From a virus: 64,000 nt of DNA. Numbering within the stretch: the stretch's first letter is position 1; each line of letters begins with the position of its first letter. Below the pieces are notes generated by a model. The model was not told where the DNA came from, did not search any database, and worked only from the letters and a program-made list of their open reading frames with translations. Positions 26,901 through 35,483 of the stretch are shown one piece after another. The stretch is taken from positions 4,133 to 68,132 of IMG/VR virus record IMGVR_UViG_3300042463_000409; one strand, 5' to 3'. Both the position numbers and the translations under genes were made by a program.

Positions 26901-26942
26901 TGAAAGGCGGGGGTGCGACCCCCCTTAGCCGAGCTCCTTTCA
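26901..26942 (-). ncRNA. tRNA-minihelix-like element (acceptor stem + T-arm only)
   Basis: TGAAAGG-AGCTCGGCTAA-GGGGG-GTCGCAC-CCCCG-CCTTTCA. Confidence 0.45.
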
Positions 26943-27202
26943 ATGTATAAAATCACGACATGACAATGCCGTGCAGATCTTCGCTATCGCGTATGTATGT
27001 AATATTAAAATGGCTCGAATGGAGCCGATGATAGTTTTGCTGTGTCTCTATTAGCTATGCACGATATAGGCAGCGGAGACGTACCCGCTTAATCTATTTT
27101 TATTTAGTTTATACTCCCGACCCTAAATTGCCCAAAATAGAACTAAAAAGGGAGTCAATGCAATTAATTTAATGCTCCGCGTGTTACACGTTGCAAGGTT
27201 TT

Positions 27203-27220
27203 CAGTATTTCAATGAACTT
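27203..27220 (-). promoter_or_regulatory. boxA-like antitermination element
   Basis: Minus strand AAGTTCATTGAAATACTG, resembling the Bacteroidota rrn boxA (GTTCATTGACAT, from memory); near the 5' end of the ~20-kb early strand. Confidence 0.55.
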
Positions 27221-27410
27221 ATCATTTTAATATTTAGGGCCTCTATTTTGTAGGCGTTGCGCCCCGAAAATTTCGGCAATTAGCATTGCGCTAATTTATA
27301 CCTAACTATTGCACTCCACTATGATAATACTTTGCGGAGCATATTTGAAGGCGTGTAAATATTCGATATTTTCGCGCGTCTATTTTCAACGCGCTAACAC
27401 GCCCAACGTA

Positions 27411-27800
27411 TTATGCTTTTTTGTAGTAGCGGCTAATTAGCTGCATGATAAGCCACACGCTAAAATTTGGGCGCGCTGCCTCCTTTTCGCTGCGTAATGG
27501 CAATAGATTTTTAGGCGTTAAATCTGCCTCGTTATAGGCTGCGAAGCCTTCTAAAAAGCCGCTATTGAATTGTAAAACCCTATTTTTGCAGTATGAAAAC
27601 GACCCCGCGTCTACTTTATGCGCTTTGTTAGTGTCTATTTTCGCGCTTTGCAAGGCTTTTCCTGTGATACCTTCGGCAAGGTAGGTGATTTTGGGTTTTA
27701 ACACTTTTTTAACGTTTGACAGTTTTTCGGCTTTTGCAGTTTTTAGTGCTTTTGCTTTGCTTACTTTTGGGGTTGCGTTTGTTGTTGTTGCGTTGTTCAT
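27411..27800 (-). CDS. First early gene, K/A-rich basic protein
   Basis: Start set at MNNATTTNATPKVSKAKALK; TACTTTTA -7-like element at 27836-27843. Confidence 0.65.
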   Translation of the reverse strand: MNNATTTNATPKVSKAKALKTAKAEKLSNVKKVLKPKITYLAEGITGKALQSAKIDTNKAHKVDAGSFSYCKNRVLQFNSGFLEGFAAYNEADLTPKNLLPLRSEKEAARPNFSVWLIMQLISRYYKKA

Positions 27801-27899
27801 TTTTTTAAGTTTTATGTTATGTCTTATTGACAATGTAAAAGTAAATAGCCATATGTTAAAATGGTGTTATCGGGTAGTTAAACAAATGTTAAATACCAA

Positions 27900-28260
27900 A
27901 AATTAAAAGTTTGTTCTTTTTGCTAATATATTTAGTATTAGTTTTTTTATTTATATAAGTTAATTGTAATATGTTGTTAGGGTATGGAGGAGGTATCCTG
28001 AATTTGCAACAACGTTGCATATTTTTTTAATTGTAATATATCCGCGTGAAATATAACAAAAAATTTATATAAGTAATTTTAGTAATATGTTTGAAAAGTT
28101 GAGGCACTCAGTAGCAGGATCCTGGTTTCCCACCGGATCGTTTTTTTTCCTGGGCTAGGGGTACCCTTTTACGACCACACATCTCCCATTTTTCTCAACT
28201 ATACGCACGTCCTATATATCCATATATATATAAATCCTCTACAACTCAATGGTATCAACA
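27900..28260. other. Divergent non-coding region, candidate genome end/packaging or origin region
   Basis: Strand switch between early (-) and late (+) blocks; AT-rich with a GC patch at 28110-28170. Confidence 0.4.
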
Positions 28261-28265
28261 AATCG

Positions 28266-28351
28266 TGTTCACTATTTTGAACAAAATATGCACCATTTGT
28301 TCAATAAAATGAACATTTGCAGTAAAATTAATTTGTTCAATAAAATGAACA
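28266..28351. repeat. Three palindromic TGTTCA-N6-TGAACA boxes
   Basis: At 28266-28283, 28298-28315 and 28334-28351, just upstream of the RepL-like gene. Confidence 0.8.
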
Positions 28352-28391
28352 TTGGTATCTTGCATGACCAATAACAGCCAAAAAACAACCA

Positions 28392-28898
28392 ATGAAACTT
28401 AAAGATTATCCTGTTTACAATTACAACCCTTTTAGGGTGAATGGAGATTATTTCAGAAGTATACCCACTCAGAAGGAGAAAGTCGTTTCCGACACGGGTG
28501 AGGTACTCAGGGACGAGAAGGAGTACAAGGTAGCCGATTTGCAGAGCCACGTCCGTATATACGAGGATATGTATGATTTACTATTTACTATGAGTCCTGC
28601 AGGTGTAATGATACTTGCCAATATCTTTAAACAGATGCCAAAGAACGGGGACTCTGTATTACTCAATGTACAGCAGATAGCTAGTGAACTGAACATAGGC
28701 AGTAGAAATACTGTTTATAAGGGTATTATAGAGCTTATGGACAAGAAGGTTATAGCCAAGGGTGTAGGTGCAGATATATACTATATAAACCCTGACTATG
28801 TGTATAAGGGTTCAAGGTCTGCGTGGTTTGAGAAGTACAAGGATTTTGATAAATGCAACAATGTTGCAACTATAAGAACTTATGTAAATAACAGGTAA
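28392..28898 (+). CDS. RepL-like winged-helix DNA-binding protein
   Basis: HTH QQIASELNIGSRNTVYKGIIELM and YYINPDYVYKG wing. Confidence 0.7.
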   Translation: MKLKDYPVYNYNPFRVNGDYFRSIPTQKEKVVSDTGEVLRDEKEYKVADLQSHVRIYEDMYDLLFTMSPAGVMILANIFKQMPKNGDSVLLNVQQIASELNIGSRNTVYKGIIELMDKKVIAKGVGADIYYINPDYVYKGSRSAWFEKYKDFDKCNNVATIRTYVNNR

Positions 28899-28906
28899 AT
28901 TTGCGT

Positions 28907-29527
28907 ATGAAGTATGATATCCCTAAAGAGTTCAGACCTTTTGTAAATAGCGTTAAAAGACAATGCAGGGATTACAAGGTAGATTTAGTTCTATCTCCCT
29001 CACGAAAGGTCGTTGTAACAGATGATTTTGAAACAGAGTGTGGCGGGTATTTTGATGGTGATAACAGGGACCTAGTGGTTGCCTGTGGTAAGCCATTCGA
29101 TAAGTGGATAGAAATACTTGTACACGAGTCTTCTCATATGGATCAGTGGAAGAGTGACGATAGATGGGATAAGTGGGGTGTATCGTGCAGTAATATGTGG
29201 GCGTGGTTATCCAAGGAAAAGATTATGAATAAGACCCAGGTGTCCAAGATGCTAGACGATATGATTGAGCTAGAGAAGGATTGTGAGATGAGGTCTGTTG
29301 AAAAGATAAAGAAGTGGGGGTTACCTATCAACATACCAAAGTATATCCAAAGGGCTAATGTATACTTATACAGCTATGGTATGATGAATGACCTTCAGAA
29401 GTTCCCTACAGATATATACTCGGATGATAAGCTAGTTGCTATGGCATCAACTACATTCAAGAAAAGCTATAAGAAAGTACCAGAAAATATATCAAATCAC
29501 ATGCTTCGTTTTTATTCAAAAAAGTAA
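28907..29527 (+). CDS. Zinc metallopeptidase-like protein
   Basis: GGYFD...ILVHESSH (HExxH)...LEKDCE. Confidence 0.65.
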   Translation: MKYDIPKEFRPFVNSVKRQCRDYKVDLVLSPSRKVVVTDDFETECGGYFDGDNRDLVVACGKPFDKWIEILVHESSHMDQWKSDDRWDKWGVSCSNMWAWLSKEKIMNKTQVSKMLDDMIELEKDCEMRSVEKIKKWGLPINIPKYIQRANVYLYSYGMMNDLQKFPTDIYSDDKLVAMASTTFKKSYKKVPENISNHMLRFYSKK

Positions 29528-29542
29528 CTTATTTTTGTACCT

Positions 29543-29785
29543 ATGAAAAAACTAATAGAACTTTTAAAATCCCTTTTCAAAAAGGAAGAAGCACCAATCG
29601 TACAAGAGATTGACGATATGGAATTATTCAAAACTAAAAAACCTAAAAGAGTGAAAAAACCAATCAAAGAGTACGGCGGTAAAGAAGTATATGCTTCAAA
29701 GGCTGCTAAAGCTGCACACGAAAAGAAAGAAGGCAAGAAAGTAGAAATGGCCGAAAAGAAATCTGTAAAAACTAAAAAGAAATAA
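29543..29785 (+). CDS. Small basic protein
   Basis: K-rich, KEYGGKEVYASKAAKAAHEKKEG. Confidence 0.6.
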   Translation: MKKLIELLKSLFKKEEAPIVQEIDDMELFKTKKPKRVKKPIKEYGGKEVYASKAAKAAHEKKEGKKVEMAEKKSVKTKKK

Positions 29786-29786
29786 G

Positions 29787-30074
29787 ATGCCACAAATCGT
29801 TAAAAAATCAGCACCGGCCGCGAAGGGCGAAATGGGTAAACCAAGTTTAAAAGGAAAGTTTGAAGCAGCTATGCAAAAACAATGGAAGTCTCGTCCAGAA
29901 AATCAAATGAAGTCAGCACCAGAAAAAGCTGCAAATCCTGGTCAGCGTTTCAAACCAAGTTCAAATCAAAATGAGGTTAGAATGGCACAAAATGCAAGTT
30001 CTATGCCAGTGAAAACTCCTTACAAAATGCCTAAAACTCAAAGCACTCCTGTAAGACCTAAAAAAAATAAATAA
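29787..30074 (+). CDS. Small basic disordered protein
   Basis: K/P/Q-rich 95 aa. Confidence 0.55.
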   Translation: MPQIVKKSAPAAKGEMGKPSLKGKFEAAMQKQWKSRPENQMKSAPEKAANPGQRFKPSSNQNEVRMAQNASSMPVKTPYKMPKTQSTPVRPKKNK

Positions 30075-30076
30075 TA

Positions 30077-30211
30077 ATGCCTAAGATTAAAAAATCAGCT
30101 CCTGTAAAATTAAGCACCGCTGCTCCATCTAAGGTTAAGCCTAGTCTTAAAAAACCCTTTTCATTGCCAATGACTGAAAAAGCAAAGGCTACAAACATGA
30201 AAATTAAATAA
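30077..30211 (+). CDS. Small basic protein (44 aa)
   Basis: MPKIKKSAPVKLSTAAPSKVKPSLKK...; N-terminus resembles the previous ORF. Confidence 0.5.
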   Translation: MPKIKKSAPVKLSTAAPSKVKPSLKKPFSLPMTEKAKATNMKIK

Positions 30212-30224
30212 GTTGAAAAAGGAA

Positions 30225-30356
30225 ATGATTAAACGCAAGGATGGTTCTGTCTCACAACGTGGGTTGTGGGACAACATCCGTGCCAATGTCGGAAGTAAAA
30301 AGAAGCCAACTGCGGCAATGCTAAAGCAAGAAAAGAAAATAAAAGGTAAAAAGTAA
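30225..30356 (+). CDS. Small basic protein (43 aa)
   Basis: MIKRKDGSVSQRGLWDNIRANVGSKKKPTAAMLKQEKKIKGKK. Confidence 0.6.
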   Translation: MIKRKDGSVSQRGLWDNIRANVGSKKKPTAAMLKQEKKIKGKK

Positions 30357-30357
30357 A

Positions 30358-31458
30358 ATGGCTATCAAGAACATTTTAAATATTATTGCTAATAATGGAG
30401 GTAGCCCATCTAAAAAGGAGCCAGACCCAACACCAACAGAAACGCCTATAAAAGAAAGGACATTTCAGCAAAAGCGTTTTGGTGATGCTGTGGCTAGAAG
30501 GGCTCAACAAATGATTATAAATGATCAGCCATATGAATTAGCTGAAAGCGCAACTAAAAAAGGTATAGACCCTTCTTTAACTTGCATAGGAGCTGCTTGT
30601 AATATTTATAAGGATTTTGGTGTTGACTTTTCTATGTTTGGAGGAGAGGCTGAAGGTGTAAGGGAATCTAGAACCGGCGGTAAGGTTGTAGAATACAATC
30701 CTACTTTTGAAAAGAATTATGCTAAAGCTGGTTTTGAAAAATTAAAAGGAAGACCAGTAACTATGCTAGAAATAGCTGATATGGCAAAGAACAAGCAGTT
30801 AGCTCCAGGAATGCTTATTCAGCAGTATAATGACAAAGGCGTACCAGACCACACTAATATCGTATTAAGGGCGAATCCTGACGGAACATATCAAATATAT
30901 AATGCTTTTAAACATAGCACATCTAAAAATAGGGGAACTAAGGAAGATTATGTTTATACATTAAATCCATTTTCCAAGCAATTTGAAGGAAAAAAATTCA
31001 ATGTATTTACTATGAATGATGAGATGTCTCAAAAACTTAATTTTGCATCAGTAGACCCTGTTACTAAAGAAGCTATAAAAGGAGGAGCTCAAGATATTGC
31101 AGATGAATATCAAATAGACGAAATGATAGAAACAATGTATGTTCCAAGAGCTTACAAAGAAATAAATCAAATGGATCGTGATACAAAGATGCAAATATTT
31201 GGTAAGGCAAATCCGGATAGAGATGATATATTTAAATTAGCATTTGCAGATATGCTTAGTACATACGAAAATGCTTCTGTAAAAGAAAACTTTCAAGGGT
31301 TTGAAAAACCTGGCACAAGACCTAAAATTGGAGGAGGATTCACTTTAAATGAAGTTGAAAGTATGGTAAAGTCTTCTAAAAGATTTGTTGAAAGAATGAA
31401 AAGAGGTGGATACGGAATAAACTATATTGAAAGGATGAAACAAAACTTAATGAAATAA
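30358..31458 (+). CDS. Possible NlpC/P60-CHAP-like cysteine hydrolase domain protein
   Basis: TCIGAACNIY...PGMLI...PDHTNIV...IYNA gives Cys/His/Asn spacing like papain-fold amidases. Confidence 0.45.
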   Translation: MAIKNILNIIANNGGSPSKKEPDPTPTETPIKERTFQQKRFGDAVARRAQQMIINDQPYELAESATKKGIDPSLTCIGAACNIYKDFGVDFSMFGGEAEGVRESRTGGKVVEYNPTFEKNYAKAGFEKLKGRPVTMLEIADMAKNKQLAPGMLIQQYNDKGVPDHTNIVLRANPDGTYQIYNAFKHSTSKNRGTKEDYVYTLNPFSKQFEGKKFNVFTMNDEMSQKLNFASVDPVTKEAIKGGAQDIADEYQIDEMIETMYVPRAYKEINQMDRDTKMQIFGKANPDRDDIFKLAFADMLSTYENASVKENFQGFEKPGTRPKIGGGFTLNEVESMVKSSKRFVERMKRGGYGINYIERMKQNLMK

Positions 31459-31459
31459 A

Positions 31460-31582
31460 ATGGCAAAGGCTAAAGCAGATAGCAGAAAGATTAATTTTGG
31501 TAAAAGAAAGTTAGGGTCAGCACAAAAAGCATTTAATAAACATACTCCTAGACCTAAAAAGTATAGGGGACAAGGCAGATAA
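31460..31582 (+). CDS. Small basic protein (40 aa)
   Basis: Ends KKYRGQGR, a motif common in phage small proteins. Confidence 0.6.
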   Translation: MAKAKADSRKINFGKRKLGSAQKAFNKHTPRPKKYRGQGR

Positions 31583-31584
31583 TT

Positions 31585-31890
31585 ATGATAGAGTATCGTG
31601 GTGAAAAATTCAGTGGCTACAATAAGCCAAAAGACGCATCAGATGGCGTACACAAAAAAGTAGTTCTTGCAAAAGAAGGAGATAAAGTACGCTTAGTTAG
31701 ATTTGGAGCCAAAGGATATTCTTCTAATTATAGTGACGAAGCGAGAAAGCAATATAGACAGCGTCACGCAAAATCAGCAAATGCATCTAAGTTATCTGCT
31801 GGTTGGTGGGCTTATCACCATTTATGGTCAAAGAGCTCTCAAGTGTATCGTTCAGGAAAAACTTCAGGTAAGGGAGAGAGATTCAAGTAG
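31585..31890 (+). CDS. Basic phage hypothetical protein
   Basis: VRFGAKGY...YRQRH...SAGWWAYHHLW. Confidence 0.7.
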   Translation: MIEYRGEKFSGYNKPKDASDGVHKKVVLAKEGDKVRLVRFGAKGYSSNYSDEARKQYRQRHAKSANASKLSAGWWAYHHLWSKSSQVYRSGKTSGKGERFK

Positions 31891-31920
31891 GTTACGTATA
31901 TTTGCGTATAACCGATAAGA

Positions 31921-32526
31921 ATGAAGCACTTATTTAACAAAATCAAGCCGATTGGCAAAAGGGTTATTGTTTACGTAGATACCCAAGAAAAAGACTCACA
32001 CAGAATAGATTTAGGAGACGGGAAGTCAATAGACTTGCATATCGCCAATGAGTATTCATGGGATAGCCGTATTACAAACTTCACACAAGGAGTTCTATTA
32101 ACAGATTTCAAAAACTTAAAAGCAGGAGACTATGTATTGGTACACCACAATAGTATGTCTGACGAATGCGAGTTGGACTACCCAGGTATCCCACACACTG
32201 CAAAAGTGTTCGCAGTCGACGAGACTTTCGTATACTTTGGTATAGATGGAGAAAAAATTATATGTATAGATGGGTATATGTTAGCCGAAAGAATATACGA
32301 GCCGATTCCCGAATCGAAGGCTGGATTAATATTTACGAGCGAACCAAAGCAAATACCTAATAAGCTTAAGATAATTGGGAAGCCAGAATCTATAACTGAC
32401 TATGAAATTAATGATGTAGCTGTAGTATACAAGTATTCTGACTATGAAATGACGCATAATGTAGGCGGCAAAATAAAGAAACTTATCCGATTAAAATATA
32501 CCGATTGTCTTGCAAAAGAAATTTAA
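31921..32526 (+). CDS. GroES-like co-chaperonin (tandem-domain type)
   Basis: IKPIGKRVIV...KAGDYVLVHH and a second unit with SKAGLIF; promoter TATATTTG at 31897-31904. Confidence 0.55.
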   Translation: MKHLFNKIKPIGKRVIVYVDTQEKDSHRIDLGDGKSIDLHIANEYSWDSRITNFTQGVLLTDFKNLKAGDYVLVHHNSMSDECELDYPGIPHTAKVFAVDETFVYFGIDGEKIICIDGYMLAERIYEPIPESKAGLIFTSEPKQIPNKLKIIGKPESITDYEINDVAVVYKYSDYEMTHNVGGKIKKLIRLKYTDCLAKEI

Positions 32527-32528
32527 AC

Positions 32529-32822
32529 ATGACCGATAAAGAAAAAATAAAGCTGTACGAAGAAGATGGTATATTAGGAGCATACTATGCACTTAATAGA
32601 AAGCTTAATGAGATTACTAAACTATTGAATAACAATGACTTAACTCAAGTAGATATGTCTAATAAAGATGATGGAACGCTAGAGAGGGTTATGAAGTTCT
32701 TTAATAGCGTAGGTGATATTAATGATGCAATGAAAAAGCTTAAGATAGACAACGCTTTAACAGGTGATGAAGATAAGGATAGGGCTAAACGCAAACCTTT
32801 AATAGAAGAGCTTGTAAAATGA
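32529..32822 (+). CDS. Helical protein, possible terminase small subunit
   Basis: Position upstream of terL; helical. Confidence 0.4.
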   Translation: MTDKEKIKLYEEDGILGAYYALNRKLNEITKLLNNNDLTQVDMSNKDDGTLERVMKFFNSVGDINDAMKKLKIDNALTGDEDKDRAKRKPLIEELVK

Positions 32823-33442
32823 ACGTAGCATATATAACCAAAGACTCTACTAAAGAAGAGGTTTACGAAGCATATATCAAAACCCAAAAGCTATTAAAAG
32901 CTCAAAGGCATTTGAATAAAAAGAACGCCGATAAGGTATCAGAGGTTCGTAAACAAAAGAATGGTAAAATAAGAGAACTTGGATACAAGCTATTTAAAGC
33001 ATATCAATTAAACTACGGCTTAAATAAGCATTTGCAAAATGTTCAAAGGTTTGCAGCTAACGCAAAATACAAATACAAAAAGCTTGGCATAGAAGAAGGA
33101 AAGGGTAAGATAAGAACAAAGGATTATGCTATAATAAAGATGTACTCATTCCTACTTCAGATAGAAAAAGTATCTGAAATACTAGAGATGCCACTTGATA
33201 AATGCGCTTTCTTTTTATGGGCTGGCAGGTACTCATTTTTTACTAGAGATGACTTTAAGAAAGACTTTGAAGGAGAGAGCTATAGTTTTACTAACTTTAT
33301 TGGCTATGGCAAAAAGAATAACTTTATAATATCAGTATCTAGCGATAAGACAATTAAAAGGTACGCATTAACTGCACTAGGACTTGATATATTTAATAAA
33401 GTGGATAGATTTACCAAAAAGCATTTTAAAGTAGATGTATAA
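32819..33442 (+). CDS. Coiled-coil protein with possible C-terminal winged helix
   Basis: Basic coiled coil; KRYALTALG wing-like motif. Confidence 0.5.
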   Translation: MNVAYITKDSTKEEVYEAYIKTQKLLKAQRHLNKKNADKVSEVRKQKNGKIRELGYKLFKAYQLNYGLNKHLQNVQRFAANAKYKYKKLGIEEGKGKIRTKDYAIIKMYSFLLQIEKVSEILEMPLDKCAFFLWAGRYSFFTRDDFKKDFEGESYSFTNFIGYGKKNNFIISVSSDKTIKRYALTALGLDIFNKVDRFTKKHFKVDV

Positions 33443-35462
33443 AGAAGAAGAGGTATACGGAATAAAATACAAGACACCTAATATCCCAAAGCATGAAGAT
33501 ATAGATAATTGGGATATGGAGCAGGTTGACCAAAAGTTCTATAAACTAGAACTTCCTGATATATTTGAGGACCTAGAATTTGATGAAGATGAGAATGCCT
33601 TGTACTCGGATGAGCAAAGGGATTTTGTAGTAAAAGAATGGAATAAGGTTAATAACGGATATTGGTTTTACAACAATGGGGTAGCTACATACATAACAGG
33701 TCTACACTATTTCTATTTAACATATTGGACGCTAGAAGATGGTAATAACCCAGATTATAGAGATGTAGACAGGAGGTACTATTACTTCCAGGATTATTGT
33801 GAATCTATACCACAATGCTTTGGTATAGTCCGTATTAAGAAGCGTCGTGAAGGAGCTACATCACAAGCTACATGCTATCTTGTATGGAAATCTATTACAA
33901 AGAGAAAGTCTTTTTGTGGTATTATATCTAAGACAGGTAAGGATGCTAGTGACGCTTTCGTATATATGGTGATGAACGGATACAGAAACCTTCCTATATT
34001 TTTTAAGCCTAGAGCAGAAGATGATGAGACTAAGACAGAGCTTGTTTTTAAAAAGAAGAAAGACAAAAGAAAGTCAAAGGCTAGAGAGAAGGGAAAGGTA
34101 TTTAATGATGACATAGGATTAGAATCAAAAATTAATTTTAAGAATACTGCACTTAACTCATACGATTCAGGTCGTGTTAGCGCTCTTCTTATGGATGAGG
34201 CAGGTAAGTGGCCTAAAGACGTTCCCGTAAACCAATATTGGCCTATTGTTAAAAAGACGCTAGGTAGAGGAGCAATTAAGGTAGGATTCTGTTTGATACC
34301 TTCTACAGCGAATGACGCCAAATCAGGTGGTGAACCATACAAAGAATTATTCGATGGCAGCAACCAATTTGAGGAGTCAGTAACAGCGACAGGTCTATAT
34401 AGATACTTCTGCCCTGCTTATGATGGGTACGAGGGATTTATAGATGAATACGGAGCTTCAATTATAGATGCACCTACTGAGTCTCAAAAAAAATACATAT
34501 ACGAAAGATACGGCCTTAAAATAGATATTGGAAGCAAAGACTATCTTTTAAACCAAAGGAGAATAATTACAGACAAGAAGGCTCTTTCTGAAGAGGTTCG
34601 TATGAATCCTTTTACAGAAGAGGAAGCCTTTATGATTGATGCAAAGAAGTGTTACTTTAATGCAGATAAGATATATGACCAATTAGATTTTTTAAAAGAA
34701 GAAAGAATTAAGCTTAGAAAGGTTAGATTGTTTTGGAAAGACGATAAGAGTGTAGATTGGGCAGATGACCCTAATGGATCATGGCTAGTATACAAGTTTC
34801 CAGAAAGAGAAATGCAGAATAAATGGGTAGAGGTAAATGGTATGAGGGTTCCAGCAAACAAGGAGATTTATAGCAGCGGTATTGACCCGTTCAAATCTTC
34901 AGTTATTAGCGGGAAGGGCTCTATGGGTGCATGTTATGTATTTGAGAGATTGAACATAAAGGACCCTAATAACACGTGTATGCCAATAGCTGAATATGTA
35001 GATAGACCTAGATTAAAAAGTCTATTTCACGAAGAGATGCTAAAGGCTGCTGTTTTTTGGGGATACAAGGCTTGTTATGAGAATGACGTAGGAGATGACT
35101 TTGTTGACTACTTTTCAAATAAGGGATACAAAGGTTACCTAATGAAGACTCCTGAGTCTGCTGTTGATAGGTTTAAAAGAAGGCAGGGGCCATCTAAATA
35201 TGGGGTAGCATCTTCGGACGCTTTTGCCTTGGCTAGGCAACTAGATACTTGTATAACCTACGTTGAAAACCATTGCGAAAAGATATACTTCCCAGATTTA
35301 TTAGAGGAATTGCTTAAGTACGACCATGAGCATAGAACTCCATTCGACCGAACAGTTTCTTTTATGATTAGTCTACTTTCTGGTGTATCTTTGGAAAACA
35401 ACAAAACAGAAGTTAAATTGGCGACATTGCCTGTTAGAACATACAAGTTAGATGTAATCTAA
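33435..35462 (+). CDS. terL: Terminase large subunit
   Basis: YITGLHYFYL, KKRREGAT Walker A, LLMDEAGK Walker B, STAN, GIDP nuclease motif. Confidence 0.92.
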   Translation: MYKEEEVYGIKYKTPNIPKHEDIDNWDMEQVDQKFYKLELPDIFEDLEFDEDENALYSDEQRDFVVKEWNKVNNGYWFYNNGVATYITGLHYFYLTYWTLEDGNNPDYRDVDRRYYYFQDYCESIPQCFGIVRIKKRREGATSQATCYLVWKSITKRKSFCGIISKTGKDASDAFVYMVMNGYRNLPIFFKPRAEDDETKTELVFKKKKDKRKSKAREKGKVFNDDIGLESKINFKNTALNSYDSGRVSALLMDEAGKWPKDVPVNQYWPIVKKTLGRGAIKVGFCLIPSTANDAKSGGEPYKELFDGSNQFEESVTATGLYRYFCPAYDGYEGFIDEYGASIIDAPTESQKKYIYERYGLKIDIGSKDYLLNQRRIITDKKALSEEVRMNPFTEEEAFMIDAKKCYFNADKIYDQLDFLKEERIKLRKVRLFWKDDKSVDWADDPNGSWLVYKFPEREMQNKWVEVNGMRVPANKEIYSSGIDPFKSSVISGKGSMGACYVFERLNIKDPNNTCMPIAEYVDRPRLKSLFHEEMLKAAVFWGYKACYENDVGDDFVDYFSNKGYKGYLMKTPESAVDRFKRRQGPSKYGVASSDAFALARQLDTCITYVENHCEKIYFPDLLEELLKYDHEHRTPFDRTVSFMISLLSGVSLENNKTEVKLATLPVRTYKLDVI

Positions 35463-35483
35463 TTTTGTACTTTTGCTATAATT

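Noticed and set aside
28272-28550. 92-aa minus-strand ORF with repeated MFILLNK
   Set aside because: The repeat is just the translation of the TGTTCA-N6-TGAACA boxes, and the ORF is antisense to the RepL-like gene.
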